This document shows, piece by piece, positions 41,581 to 55,949 of a stretch of 64,000 nucleotides of DNA (within the stretch, counting starts at the first letter, position 1; each line of letters opens with the position of its first letter). The stretch spans positions 95,852,001 through 95,916,000 of the forward strand of contig NC_042998.1 of the NCBI RefSeq assembly GCF_006345805.1, given 5' to 3'. The notes under the pieces are model-generated. The model worked only from the letters and a program-made list of their open reading frames with translations, did not search any database and was not told where the DNA came from. This stretch comes from Octopus sinensis. Its lineage: Eukaryota. Position numbers and translations under genes: made by a program.

Positions 41581-44500
41581 ATGTCTTACGAAACAAAAAG
41601 GAAAACTACAACAGTACACCAAATCGCTTGTCCTATGGTTAATCTGGAAGCGTGTCCTCCAGGAGAGAGCCAGCCTGGGGTCGAAAGGTCATCCACTGGC
41701 ACAAACTTTTCCCTGGATACGAATCTAGATGGTCACTTGAACGGGAAATACCCCAACTCAAGCCCCCAAGTCCACCACCACACCCATCACAGAAAGAAAA
41801 ATGTAAGAGGATCAAATGGGCCTGAGAAGAGTATACAGAAGTAACATACGCCTATTACTATGCATTAGGTAGGCCATCTGAAGAGAAACACACTGCACAC
41901 TCTTATCAAATATAGAGAAAACAAAATTACGACAGCAGACTATATTTGGACGAAAACAAGTGAGCAAATATTAGGAGAGATATCCTCAAAAATAAAAGAC
42001 TCATAGATAGTGAAATAACCATGATCAAGCACGTAGCGGAAAATGATCTGAATATAAGACAGAAAGGAAATGAAGAACCTGACGAAGAGAGCAACTCTCC
42101 ACGAGTCTCAACTGAAAGACTGTCAACTGACCCGAACACGGAAATGTCTGAAGAAATAAATTGTAATGGACCTGATAAAGATAGCGAGAAAAAGTAGTAA
42201 AGAAACAATATTTGAAGACTACACATTTACTGAAGAACATTGAGAGTAAATGATAGAAATGAAGCAGAAAATCCTGAATATGCTTGCAGTTGTAAGGCAC
42301 GCCCATATGCATGATAGGGAAACACTTCATAAATTCTCAAATATAATCCAAAATAGAAAACAAATTAAATTTGGAAACTATGTAACAAAAGAAATTATAC
42401 AAGAACTAAAACCAGTTCTCATTGAACGAAACAAAATTATTTACACAACTACTAAGACAACTGAAAACAAAAAAATGCAAACCCGAGAAGAAATCCAAAC
42501 TAGAAAAGTAAATTGAAAAAGAGATTCAAATAATGAGAGGTGAAATATCAATATTGAATGAACTAATCTGTGGAAACGAAATAAAATCCAGAAAAGGAAG
42601 AAAGATGAAGAGAAAACAGAGATTCTCACCGAGAGAAGAACTACTTTCAGCAAAAGAAACACTGCAACAAAAGTGCAAGCAAAAGCTCAAGGAACACGAA
42701 TATTTGAGAAGAGAAACAGGTTTTACAATCAAAATAATCTGTTCACATCCAATGCGAAAACATTCTACAGAGAAATAGGGAAGGAGAAGATAACCGTTGA
42801 AGACACCCCCTCCTCCCATGGAAGAAGTTGAAAATTTTTGGAAAAATATCTGGAGTGATGAAAAGGCATACAATGAAAATGCAGATTGGATTAGATGCAC
42901 TGAAGAACCCTACCAAACCTTACAAATATGGGAAGACATCACAATAACAGACCTAAGGTTGGCACACACGAAAGCTCATAAGTGAAAACCCCTTGGTAAT
43001 GATAGGGTGCCAAGCTTCTGGCTCGCATCGGTTCTGTGCGTACGTGATAAGTTAGTCCAGTTATTCAATGAAATTATAAGAGATCCTACGAAAACACCTG
43101 ATTGGTTAACCAGAAGAATATTCCCGAAGAATAATGAAACCAAATTTCCTCAAAACTATCGGCCCATAAACATGTCTACCTATCACGTATGAAATTTTAA
43201 CATCCATCCTCGTGGAGAAAGCATACAAATTTATGGAACAGAACGATATTTTTCTTACTGCACAAAAAGGGTGCCAACGAGGCTCATATCGATGCAAAGA
43301 CCAACTTTTAATCAATCGCATGATCCTCGAGAACTGTCATAACAAACGCAGAAATCTCAGCTCCGCATGGATTGATTATAAAAAGGCCTTTGACAAGCAT
43401 ATCGCATTCATGGATCTTGAAATCGCTGGATATCTTCCAAATCTCTCCTATAATTTCAAACTTCCTGGAGCACAACATGTCAGTATGGAATATGAATCTC
43501 CAATTATACCACCCTAATAGAGTACTGACCACAAAAAAATATTAACTACGGCATTTTCCAATGTGACTCACTTTCATTTTTAATTTATTGCATAGCCCTA
43601 ATACCCTTTACAAGTGAACTGAACAGAACAAGGTATGGATATAAAATTGGCGACAAAAAAATGTCATCTATTTTATATGGATGACTTAAAACTCAACGGC
43701 AAAGACGATATTGTGCTTGAAGGACTATTACGTACCGTGAAAGCATTTAGTGATGACATCGCGATAGAGTTTGGCCTTGATAAATGTGCCAAACTACTTT
43801 CCAGAAGAGGAAATTGAAACCCCACATTCAGTGAGGTTCGGTGTTGATATAGTGATAAAAGAACTCGAACAGAAACAAGCTTACAAATCCTTCGAAATAA
43901 ATGAGGGCTCTGGCATTCAGTATGCAAGCGTGAAAGAGAACATCAGGAAGGAATGTTACAGGAGAGTTCGAGCAGTCCTAAAATCCGAGTTAAATGTATG
44001 TAACAAGGTGTTAACTATAAATTCCTTAGCAGTTCTACTTGTTATTTACAGTTCCAATGTGTTGAACTGGAATATGAGCGAAATAAGGAAGATTGACAGG
44101 AAAATCCGTAAACTGCTGACTTGCAATAAGATGCACCACCCAAAAGCAGACGCAGATCGTCATTACCTACCCACAGCTCAAGGAGGTCGAGGCTTGATCC
44201 TATTTGAAATCCCTTACGAAACCACCACAACTGGACGGGCACAATATCTTGAAACATTTAACGTGTGGATGCTAAATTTCGTTGAAAACCACGAAGGCGG
44301 TAAGGAATTACATTCTGTTATGAAGGAGAGCAAAAAATTTTCAAGTGAGTTTATACATAATATCCAGGTTGAACAGCATGATGGAAATGCTCAGAAACTA
44401 TAAAAATTTGGTAATCGAGTTCGAGAAGATGTGGTATCTCAAGACGGTTACAATACCAGTGATTGTAGGAGTACTTATCATGATAAAAAAAAAAAAAGGA

Positions 44501-44593
44501 ACTGAAAATTATCTAAGAATGATCCCTGGCTTACCATCCATGCAGGAAGTGCATGGTACGTCACATGTACTGAGAAGAGCATTGTCGCTGTGA
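41581..44593 (+). pseudogene. R4/Dong-like (REL-type) non-LTR retrotransposon, decayed single ORF
   Basis: NYRPI, QKGCQRGSYRCKDQLLIN, AWIDYKKAFD, HLFYMDDLKL, EFGLDKCAK, MHHPKAD..GGRGL and TVTIPVIVG..HVLRRAL. An internal deletion lies near 44395. The 3' UTR continues to about 45250 through SINE insertions. Confidence 0.88.
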
Positions 44594-47291
44594 ATTTTCT
44601 TAGTTTACTTTTTATTTTTTATTTTTCCTTCTCTCTCTGTCTTTCTCCTCCTTTTTCTGTATCACATGACTTTGTAAATGAACAATCTGGTGTATTTATT
44701 TTAATCTTTTCTACTCTAGATACAAGGCCCGAAATTTGGTGGGAGGGGGCCAGTCGATAAGTTCGACCCCTAATACGCAACAGGTACTTAGTTTATCGAC
44801 CTCGAAAGGATGAACGGCAAAGTCGAATTCGGCGGAATTTGAACTCAGAACGTAAATACCTATTTCTTTACTACCCACAAGGGGCTAAACACAGAGGGGA
44901 CAAACAAGGACAGACATAGGTATTAAGTCGATTATATCGACCCCAGTGCGTAACTGGTACTTAATTTATCGACCCCGAAAGGATGAAAGGCAAAGTCGAC
45001 CTCGGCGGAATTTGAACTCAGAACGTAACGGCAGACAAAATATGGCTACGCATTTCGCCCGGCGTGCTAACGCTTCTGCCAGCTCGCCGCCTTTGATAAT
45101 AATCCTTTCTACGATAGGCACAATGCTTGAAATTTTAGGGGATCCTACCAATGTATACAATCCGTTTCTCTGCCCTAGGTATCAGGAAGACACTCGGCAA
45201 GAAATGGAAACAGAATTGAAAGAAGATGATAATCAAAATAATAATGATAATCCTTTCTACGACAGGCACAATGCCTGAACTTTTAGGGGAGGGGACAAGT
45301 GGATTACATCAACACCAGCGTTTCACTGGTACCTAATTTATTGACCCGAAAAGATGAAAAAGCAAAGTCAATCTCGGCGGAATTTGAACTCAGAACATAA
45401 AGATAGAAGAAATGCCGCTAAGCATTTTGTCCAGCTAGCTAACGATCCTGCTAGCTTGCTGCCTTCCGGATCTAAAGTAATATTAAATGATTTAATATTT
45501 GGACATTTAGTTGAAGAAAAGAAACTAAAAGTGTGTGACAATTGTTGGTGACTCTAGAAGAAAAGTAGAGATGATAGTGAAAATATCAACGGATTAAGAA
45601 TTGATTTTACCGAGAATAGAATTTTCGTTCTTTGACGGAAGATCTGATCTTTGTTAGCAGGTAAGGTGACAACTACGGAGATTTTGTTGTCAGGTTTTGT
45701 TCTTTTTACATTTCGGAAGTTTGCTTGTTTAGCAAATGACTTCGATCTGAGACTGCGCGTTGAATTCTGATACAGGTCTACTGTAACTGCTTCAGAAGTC
45801 TGTTGTTGGTCAGATCTTAGAAGCCTGTTTAGTTTAGAGTGTTAGGTGTTTGCTGCATTCGTGTAGATTAACTTTGACTCTTTAACATCGATTGGCTGTT
45901 AGATGTCATTATTTCCTTTTCTTTTTATATTCTTTTGATGCTGTGACATCGGTTACCAGTTCGGTAATTAAGTCTTAGAAACCAGTTGCTGCTACAGTCA
46001 TAACAAGGGCCGGTGAATACAATTAAAACTTTGCTTTACTGATAAAATCGAAACATGTCCAGCGTTGTTCCCCTTACTAACCAAAGACCAGACCCCCTAC
46101 TCACTGCATTCTCGGATTAGAATTACCAATTAACTTTAATTTTATAGTTGATAATTTGCAACTGGGACTGAAGTTGAATAATTTGGCCAAAATAAGGGCA
46201 AACGTAGAGAGCGCTGTTTCTGTGTGACAGGAGGGGTGCTATCGGGACTGGTTGCATGTTGAATCAGCATGATCGAAGCTAATTTAGAGGACATACAGTC
46301 AAGGCATTCATGTCTTTCGATATCAGACACAACAATGCTGTTTCCCTTATTTAAGAATGCAAGGTGCAATTTCGTTGATATTTCTAGCTAGTTGATCCAT
46401 GGTTAGTTTTTGTACGCGACGACTACATGTGGGTGGTAAGGGTTTTGTTGAATACACGGAGTACAAAGTTAGGGACCAAAGCTCATAGCAAATCCGGAAC
46501 TTTTTTTCGAGAGAGACAGAACTGCTAATAGAGTTATCTTGGTTTATTTTGGTTGAAGAGTGATGAGACAAAGGATTTGTGTGAAATCCAAGGAATTAGG
46601 ATATTTTGCCGTAGGTCGGAATTATTTATTTATTTATATTTATTTATTTATTTAGTTAGTTAGTTAGTTAGCTAGCTAGTTCGTTAGTTTAACTTGAGCG
46701 AAGTACCGAATGACGTGGCATCTCAAATTAAGAGGTCGTATTATCTTGTCACATCAAAATACATTAGTACTTGATGCTATGAACTAGCTATTTGCAAGCC
46801 ACTTCTATTCGGACCCACTCGATACACACTTCTCTCGTTAACCTTGCTGAGTCACACACACTCACATCATCTGTTCTACACTCAACACTTGAATCAATCT
46901 TCAAGTAACTTTCAAGAATACTCGATGTCTTCGAAGAGGTGATCGTCATTGCTTTGTCATTTATCCTAAGTCAGCTCTGATCGATCGAATCTATGATAAA
47001 AATCGCTCCCTGGCCATTCTGTTTATGTTTTGTTTTTGAAGAGAGATTAGGTTGTTATATATTTGTAGCAAGTCATGAAGAGACTCCTTCTTAACTGCGA
47101 CAATAAAACGAATAGTGATAATACAGTGAAGGCGCATGGTTCGAGAGTTAGAGCAGCGGGCTCACAATCATGAGGAAGTGAGTTCGATTTCAGGACCTGG
47201 CTGTGTGTTGTGTTCTTCAGCAAGACACTTTGTTTCACGTTGCTCTACTTCACTCAGGTGTAGAAATGAGTTGCGACGTCACTGATGCTAA

Positions 47292-47695
47292 CAGGGCCGG
47301 ATTAAGACCCATCGAAGCCCTAGGCACTTACAGATTTTGCTGCCCCCATAAAAGATTATGTAATTCAAAATATAAACAATAACAAACCATAAAATAATTT
47401 TTTATTTTTCAAAACGAAACAAAACAGTAAGAGGGAAAATAATGTTTATTTTTCTATACTTCCACTTTATTTATATTTGAAAAGTTTCCTCCTACTTTTT
47501 TGAATCGCTAAGTCTTTGATCAGATTCTCAAAATTAATCTTAGATAACACATCTGCATCTATACTTAGTAGAGATAAAGGTATCCCCAATATTATTTTAG
47601 CAAGTTTAAAGTAATTTCTTTTGTGCCGTAAGCCATTTACTATTTCTGTGGTGCCCTCTCCTTCCCTTGATGCCCTAATGGTTAATCCAACGCTG
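47292..47695 (-). mobile_element. hAT deletion derivative nested in a SINE (about 47125-47870)
   Basis: TIRs cagggccggattaa / ttaatccaacgctg, degenerate 8-bp TSD gatgctaa/ggtaccaa, and hAT C-terminus LSLLSID...FENLIKDLAIQKSRR. Confidence 0.8.
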
Positions 47696-48300
47696 GGTAC
47701 CAAGCTGTATCGGCCTTTGCCTTTCCCTTGGATAACATCGGTGGTGTGGAGAGAGGAGGCTTGTATGCATGCGTGACTGCTGGTCTTCTATAAACAACCT
47801 TGCTCGGACTTGTGCCTCGGAGGGTAACTTTCTAGGTGTAATCCTATGGTCATTCAACCCGAAGAGGGTCTTAGTCAGTGTTAATAAGCCAATATTTAGT
47901 TGGTTATTCAAATTCTGCCGAGGCTGGCTTTGCCTTTCATTCTTTCGCAGTCGATAAAATAAGTACCAGTTAAATACTGGTGTCGATGTAATCGACTATA
48001 CCCCTCCCCCGAAATTGTTAGCCTTGAGCGGTATCTATTCTTATACTATGCGCTTCCATTCCAAATCACACTGACGACTCCACCTTCCGTCATGTCATGA
48101 TTAATATAATAAAATAGGCGGTGAGCTGGCAGAATCGTTGGCATGCCGGGCGAAATGCTTAGCTGTATTTCGCCTGCCTTTACGTTTTGAGTTCAAACTC
48201 CACCGAGGTCGACTTTGCCTTTCGTCCTTTCGGAGTCGATAAATTAAGCACCAGTTGAATACTGGGTCGATCTAATCGACTGGCCCCGTACCCCCAAATT

Positions 48301-48372
48301 TCTCTAACAATACCGCTAACTCAACTCAATTAGTACTAATCCAGAGCGTTGAGTTGGCGGTATTGTTAGAGA
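48301..48372. repeat. 25-bp near-perfect hairpin
   Basis: tctctaacaataccgctaactcaac / gttgagttggcggtattgttagaga, with one G-U pair. Confidence 0.85.
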
Positions 48373-49301
48373 GACAGACGAAGTGTTTTGTAGTATTAGT
48401 TTCGACTCTTTGCTATCTCATTTCACGGATACCACGCTTAATTCATCGCCTGATTCAACACGGTCACATGGTCCTTGAGATTCTCAAGTGGAGCATACTA
48501 AATTATAAGACTTTGTGTCGGGTTTCCGGTTCCAAGATAACTGCCTTACTTCCTGTCATCAGATTTGGATGTGCGGAAATAATAAAACGTTACTAGCGCT
48601 CCCTTCTCTTCATTGACTAAGTAGATTACATGTATGTATGTATGTGTGTATGTATGTATGTATGTATGTATGTATGTATGTATGCATGTATGTATGTATG
48701 TGTGTATGTGTGTGTATGTATGTTGGTATGTATATATGTGTGTATGTATGTATGTATGTATGTATGTATGTATGTATGTATGTATGTGTGCATGTATGTA
48801 TGTTTGTATGCATGCATGTATGTGTGTATGTGTGTATATGTATGTTGGTATGTATATATGTGTGCATGTATGTATGTATGTATGTATGTGTATGTATGTT
48901 GGTATGTATATATGTGTGCATGTATGTATGTATGTGTATACATACACACATGTATATGTATATATAAATATTTGTTCGCGTACATGTGTGTGTGAGTATG
49001 TGTATGTGTGCGTGGGTGAGCGTGTGTGTGAATGTGGTCGGGGGTAAGTGTGTGTCTTCATCCGTGATTGTCCCCCACCAATCGGTGTTGGTGTGTTTAT
49101 GTACCCGTAACTCAGCGGTTCGGCAAAAAACACCGATAGAATAAATACTAGGCTTTACAAAATAAATAAAGACTGGGGTTGATTCATTCGACTAAAATTC
49201 TTCAAAGCGGTGCCCTAGCATGGGCACAATGTAAAGAATAATAATAGTAAACAAACAAAATAAACGTGTGTTTGTATGTATATATATATATATATATATA
49301 T

Positions 49302-49905
49302 ACTAAGCAATAAGGGTTTAGCAACGAGTTGCCTTACCACATACCGAATTTAGAAATAGCAGTCAAAGGGTTATAGCTATTTCTTCTACTAAAAAGGGAG
49401 ATCTCAGTAAAAACAGCATTTGGAAGGCAGACACAAACAGGTAAGAGAGAATGAATTAACTGCAATCTATCATACATTTTTTTAGTTATCCACGGACGTA
49501 CGTTTCGAAATCAAGTTTTAAGGAAAGCATAAGAATTAGATATTAAATATTAAATAATAAATATTCTATCTTACCGAAACTTCTTTTCTCTTCAGCGTAG
49601 AATACTAATATCATAAATGATTATATATTGAATTTTGAGATACCAGAAGGCACCAACTCCACTCAGTATCAGAGCGAGCTAGAATCCGCAACTGGTATCA
49701 CGAATTCAATTGTGAATGAAACGATTGTGTCAACAGCCCCTTCCCACCCGCGTGTAGCCAAAACAAGATGCTGTGGTCATCTACTGAGATAAAATATGGT
49801 TATCCGTAATTGAGGGTGAAATTAATAATTTGGAAAATAAATCAATTACACCAAGTAGTCTTCGGCATGTAAAAGCCTCATTCGAGGAAAATTTAAGTAA
49901 TACAT
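49302..49905 (-). mobile_element. Non-autonomous hammerhead-bearing element, monomer inserted in (TA)n
   Basis: Shares blocks with 912-1679 in the same order: ccacatac.gaattt..tagaaatagcag.caaa, hammerhead, ccaccc.cgtg, attgagggt.aaattaat, atgtaaaag. Confidence 0.7.
49490..49600 (-). ncRNA. Minimal type-I hammerhead ribozyme with extended stem II
   Basis: ctacg CTGAAGA gaaaagaagttt...aaacttgatttc GAA acgtacgt C cgtgg. Full core, G10.1-C11.1 pair and GUC triplet, with predicted cleavage at 49495/49494. Confidence 0.85.
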
Positions 49906-49942
49906 ATATATATATATATGTATCTATGTGTGTGTGTGTATG

Positions 49943-49988
<46 letters not shown>

Positions 49989-50697
49989 TGTATGTATGTA
50001 TGTACACTTCAAAGTCTTGAGCTCTGCATAATCAAAATCAATAATTCTGAGCTTCCACAACAAAAACATCAAGCAGCTGGAGTCTAGCTGCTAGACAATA
50101 CTGATTCAAGTTGACATCCGCATCAATACAACAGGATTGAATCATTAATCAAGCAGTCGGTGAATTAACTAGTTAACTAAAAATAATGGTTTCTAATTCA
50201 ATGTACAAGACTATAACCTGTTGAGAGGTGGGGTTAGTTGATACTATTGACATCAGCACCTGAATAGTATTTTATGTTATTGCTTCCAGAAGAATGCGGA
50301 ATTTGAACTTCGTATGTAAAGAGCTAGCAGAAATACCATAAGACATTTTATCCCGCGCTCTAACGATTCTGCGATTCTCCCACGCTTTAGTTGATTAATA
50401 ATAATAAAAATGGAAGAAAATAGAGCCAGCACGTGTTTTTTTCCATTGGCAAAATGATCTCCCAATGCACACACTGACATACACACATACATACATGCAT
50501 ACATACATACATACATACATACATACATACATACATACATACATACATACATACATACATACATAGGGAAGATCAGCTGCTACAAACTCCATCATAGACC
50601 AACTTCCAGCCATGAAGTAACAACAAAACCGACAGAAAATGAATTAAGGCGGTGCTCCGGCTTGGCCGCAGTCCAACGACTGAAACCATTTAAAGAG

Positions 50698-50704
50698 CAT
50701 CATT

Positions 50705-50740
<36 letters not shown>

Positions 50741-51065
50741 GTTTAACGTCCCCTTTCCATGCTGGCAATGGGTTGGGCGGTTTGACTGAGGACTGGTGAG
50801 CCAGATGGCTGCACCAGGCACCAATCTGATCTGGCAGTTTCTACAGCTGGATGCCCTTCCTAATGCCAACCACTCCGAGAGTGTAGTGGGTGCTTTTATG
50901 TGTCACCGGCACGAGGGCCAGTCAGGCGGTACTGGCAACGGCCACGCCCAAATGGTGTTTTTACGTGTCACCTGTACAGGAGCCAGTCCAGCGGCATTGG
51001 CAACGCCCTCGCTCGAATGTTGTTTTTCACGTATCACCGGCACAAGTGCCAGTAAGGCGACGCTG
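50698..51065 (-). mobile_element. RTE-type LINE 3' UTR with (GAT)n tail
   Basis: Homologous to 60290-60480; ends ggacgttaaacgatgatgatg on the minus strand. Confidence 0.75.
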
Positions 51066-51440
51066 TCATCGTTGCAAAGCGCTGCGACGGCCACGCCGCC
51101 CGCCCCGAATCGTGCGGCCGACACGTAACGGAGCTCGACAGCAGCAGATGAGTAACAGTGAGGCCGCACGCGCGCGGACGACGACAACGACGAACGAACT
51201 AACGAGCGAACGAAACAGACAGACGCCCGGTCTGTCGCGCCCGCCGCTCACTCGCTCGCTCGTCTCGTACGCACCCTCGACCGTCCCTTCCTTCTCGCCA
51301 TCCCGCCGCCGCCGCCCTCGTCAGCGTCGCCTCCCTTCTGTAGCCACCGTCGGTTGGCGTTCGTTCTGTGGATCTCGTTGCGAGCGTTCGTACCGGCCGA
51401 CAGGGATGCGGCGGCAACAGCAGCAGTTGCTATCTCACGA
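51066..51440. other. GC/CpG-rich structured island, possibly rDNA-spacer or expansion-segment derived
   Basis: Abrupt GC rise in AT-rich DNA, with stems cgtgcggcc/ggccgcacg, gacagac/gtctgtc and catccc/gggatg. The origin is inferred only. Confidence 0.45.
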
Positions 51441-51473
51441 ATACTTATAACACACATGCTGCAATAGAGTTTA

Positions 51474-51528
<55 letters not shown>

Positions 51529-52011
51529 GGTTTGGAGATGATGTACAGGTATTTTATATTAGAAGAAATGAGGTACTCAGAAATTCGGATTGTTTTATAT
51601 TTACAGATATTTATTTGTATATTACTTGTTTTTACACATCATATATTAGCGCGTTCGTCCAATTTTTTTCAATTGAACTAAGTTCTTGGGGAAAATTTGA
51701 CTATTTTCATAGTGTTATTGAGTGTGTAATGGTGGGAAGAGATATAAGATAGTACCAGAGGGTGATGAATGGGGAGATAATGAGAGAGAGCATGTGTGTA
51801 TGTGCGTGTGTGTGCGTGTGTGTGTGTATGTGTGTGTGTGTGTTTGTATCTGAAAGATGTGTTAAAGAAAAAGAAGGAAAGGAAGAAAAGGGAGAGAAAG
51901 AAGAAAAATTGTTTTGTTGATCTCTTTGTAGCTGGTCAGTATGTTTACTCCAAAAGGGACAAAATGTCACTTTTCAAAAAATTGTCTGGCTTTCTTTTTT
52001 TATCATTGTCT

Positions 52012-52045
<34 letters not shown>

Positions 52046-52272
52046 TGTGTGTGTGGTGTGTGTGTGTGTGTGTGGTGTGTGTGCGTGCGTGTGTGTGTGT
52101 GTGTGTATGTGTGTGTGTTTGTGTTTTTGTATCTGAAAGGTGTGTTAAGGAGGAAAGGTCAAGTTGTTAAAAACAATCAGTCATTGGCTTTTAGCAATGA
52201 TCAAGCCAGCTGGGAGCCAAAATGTCATATATATAAATGATAGAAAATGAATGAACGACTTTCTTTATTTAA

Positions 52273-52380
52273 AATCACTACAATTGTTTTGATACATTTT
52301 TGCACGTGTTGTACATTGGTGAGATTCTGTATAATGATTAGCATACATCCATGATGTAAAATGCACGTTCTCAAGTGATT
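52273..52380 (-). ncRNA. Decayed hammerhead
   Basis: Stem I aatcac/gtgatt, stem II gtgcatttt/aaaatgtat and palindrome acaattgt+A are retained, but the core reads TTGAGAA and AAAA. Confidence 0.5.
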
Positions 52381-52975
52381 GCTTAATTAAGTGCTGAGTT
52401 AGATCGTTATTTCACTCAATATGAGAATGCACACCCAAAGCGATGTGTCATTTTCAGCAGTTTACAAGCAAAACTATGATACTGATAACACAGCATCTCA
52501 TCTATGTACAAATACAAAAATGTGTCGAGACAATTGTACTGAGTTTAAATGAATATCATTCGATCCATTTTCTATCATTTATCTATTTATATAAACAGTA
52601 TGGAATTCCTGATGTATATCCATATCAGGAATTCCATAGCATTTCCACTGTATGACATCAAGTAGCGAATAATTGTGGACGAATAATATGTATTCACACA
52701 AACACACACACATATATATGAATATGTGAGTGCATGTATATACATACGTATATGTATGTATGTCATTATTTAGTTTTATTTTAAGATTTCTTGCCAATAG
52801 AGAAAAAGTCGGTTTCTAACCTAAATCCAAGGCTGCTTCATTGTAATCACAACAACATCCAAGGGATATGCTGCATGTAGTTGTGTATATTTGCAGTATT
52901 TGGAGACAGCGCATGTGCAGATTTGTGTTTTATGTATGTATTCTGATGCATATAGTTCCATGTCTAAACATCCGC

Positions 52976-53006
<31 letters not shown>

Positions 53007-53411
53007 TGTATGTATGTATGTATGTATGTATGTATGTATGTATGTATGTATGTATGTATGTAGGCTGCCCTGATAAGGTCGAAAAAGAGAACCTAGACTA
53101 AACGCAACCCACTTTAAGGACCCCAACGATAGAGCAAACACATATAAATAAACAACAGCGGTAGACGGCCTGGGTATGAGTATGCCACACAAAACGTCAA
53201 CCAAGTCTCAGCTTCCTTCTACATACACCACAGAGATTCGTCCAGAAACTAAAGTAAGTGGGTCACCCCCTGGCAAGTTGAATTCTTTGTAAATAAATCT
53301 AGGCCAAACATATTTCTTCCTGCCCATATATCCTTTGGTAGGAAGAAATTGATATCTTGAATACAAGAAACAGCCGCAACAACGACGATATATATACATA
53401 TACTATATATA

Positions 53412-53521
<110 letters not shown>

Positions 53522-53527
53522 GTATGT

Positions 53528-53589
<62 letters not shown>

Positions 53590-53643
53590 TGTATGTATAC
53601 GTATTAGACACATGCACTCATACACGTGTGTGTGATACATGTA

Positions 53644-53694
<51 letters not shown>

Positions 53695-53822
53695 GTATTT
53701 ACATATATATATATATATATTACATATATATATACATATATATACATATATATATAGATATACATAATATATTATACTATACATATAATATACATGCATA
53801 TAATATATACACATATATATAT

Positions 53823-53854
<32 letters not shown>

Positions 53855-54026
53855 GATATATATATATGTGTTAATATATATTAGTATGTTATATAATATG
53901 TATAGGTATGTATAGATGTAATATGGTGTATAATATATATATAATATAGATATATATATATATAACATACATACATAATATATATATACATACATACATA
54001 TATATATAGATAGATAGGTACATACC

Positions 54027-54059
<33 letters not shown>

Positions 54060-54084
54060 GATATATACATACATATATAGATAC

Positions 54085-54120
<36 letters not shown>

Positions 54121-55197
54121 TATATATTATATATATTACATATAATATATAATTCACATGCATACATATCTATATATGTATATATATATATACATACATA
54201 TATATATACTATATATATATATATATATATATGTATATCTATATATATTATATATATATATAACTTACTTACACACATCTCTCTTTCTCTCTCTCTCTCT
54301 CCTCCATCCTTCTGTCACATGTTTAAAGCTGACACGTAGATTTGTGCAGTTTTATGCCATATATAGTGTAGAAAGGGAGATCACTGCTACATAAATTGTA
54401 TTTGTCATGGTCCTTTTCTAATATTGCTATATTTATCCGTCCTATTTAGATTTAAAATTGATGTGCCTGTTTGAAATTGTTTGGAAGAAGTATTTTACTT
54501 AATACCCTTTACTTTTCCATTTCAAATGCCCTCAAGTTTCTCATTGCAATTTGTTTTTCTGTTGTCGTTAAAATACAGAATCAGCCAGGTACAGGGAATT
54601 AACTTAATCGACAGCTACGCAAGGAAATCCATTGCCTCCAACCTGTTAAGGAAATAGAAATAATTATAATGTTACGGGAGAGCACGTAGCGGCTTTTAGT
54701 TACCTTCATACTCTGCCCATCATTCATCACGGGTTGGTAAAATAAACAAACCTTGTGATTCTTACGTTACTTGTTCTACGTTTAAATCCCATTGGAATGT
54801 GTGGCATATGGATACGATTCAGTTAACTGGGGTTTTTTCCTACCAAATTATGGTATTCTACCTCCATCAGACATCAATCCCCTCCGTAAAGTATCTCAGT
54901 AAGCAAGTATTTTTAATTCAACAAACCCTCTAAATATGGATTAGAGAAGTTAGGTTACAAGCGATTAGATCAGGCAACGAGGGGAAGTAATTCATTCAAC
55001 AGAAGTAATACAAGGGACATAACTCAATAAATAGTATCTGCAGAGTAGCTAAAGGAATTGTCATTTAAGATTTCATCTAGGAATAAAAATATGGTTTAAA
55101 TTTTCTTTTGTAACCCCCTCTCTCTATTTTATTATTTCTCTCTCACCTCTCTCCCTCACTCATACACACACATTAACAACAACAACAACAACAATAA

Positions 55198-55752
55198 TAA
55201 TGCATTGATGCAGTGCCAGGCACTGGCTCTCATGGCTTCTGATCTTAACTGATTGGAAGTATTACCATGTACGTGTTTTGTTTTGGTATAAAAGATGGGC
55301 TACAGCAAATATTCTGCTCAATACCACTGATTTGCTTGTCAATTGTTAGACTTTAACTAGTTGAATATGTCCTTTGTTAGCTGGTGATATGTGCATCTCT
55401 GATCATGGGCAGAAGTAGTGGGGGGAGCATCAAAGCCATGTGTTGAAAGGAATTCTTGGGGTTTGGATAATTGACCTCTGGAAACATGGGTGTTTCGTTC
55501 AACATCCTTCAACATCCTTATTCAGGGACCTTTTGAGCGGGATAGACTACTCAACCGAAAAAATTCTAACTGGAACCTACCTACAAGGTCATGCGCTATT
55601 TATCTTGATATGAGGTCACCATATCGTGCATATATGGTTGTGATGCATGTGCCTGGTGTACCCTTATCAAACGGGTAGTCATGATGGGTATACTGGGCTT
55701 CGTATATTTTACCCCAGAGTCACTTTGATAGCATGCACTCTCTCACTCAATA
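55198..55752 (-). mobile_element. Second copy of the (TAA)n-embedded retroposon
   Basis: Collinear with 39525-40045, differing by two indels. Confidence 0.75.
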
Positions 55753-55819
55753 ATAATAATAAAGAAATTCAGTATTCCCATTAGTAACTTTACCTATTTT
55801 AAACATACACGCATAATAA

Positions 55820-55935
<116 letters not shown>

Positions 55936-55949
55936 GTCTATATGAGTTA

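Noticed and set aside
45550-46600. Possible decayed LINE ORF1 on the minus strand
   Set aside because: The composition is suggestive, but no diagnostic motif can be read reliably.
50796-51457. Overlapping 70-186 aa ORFs as a real gene
   Set aside because: They result from high GC content, cross a repeat junction and show no recognisable domain.
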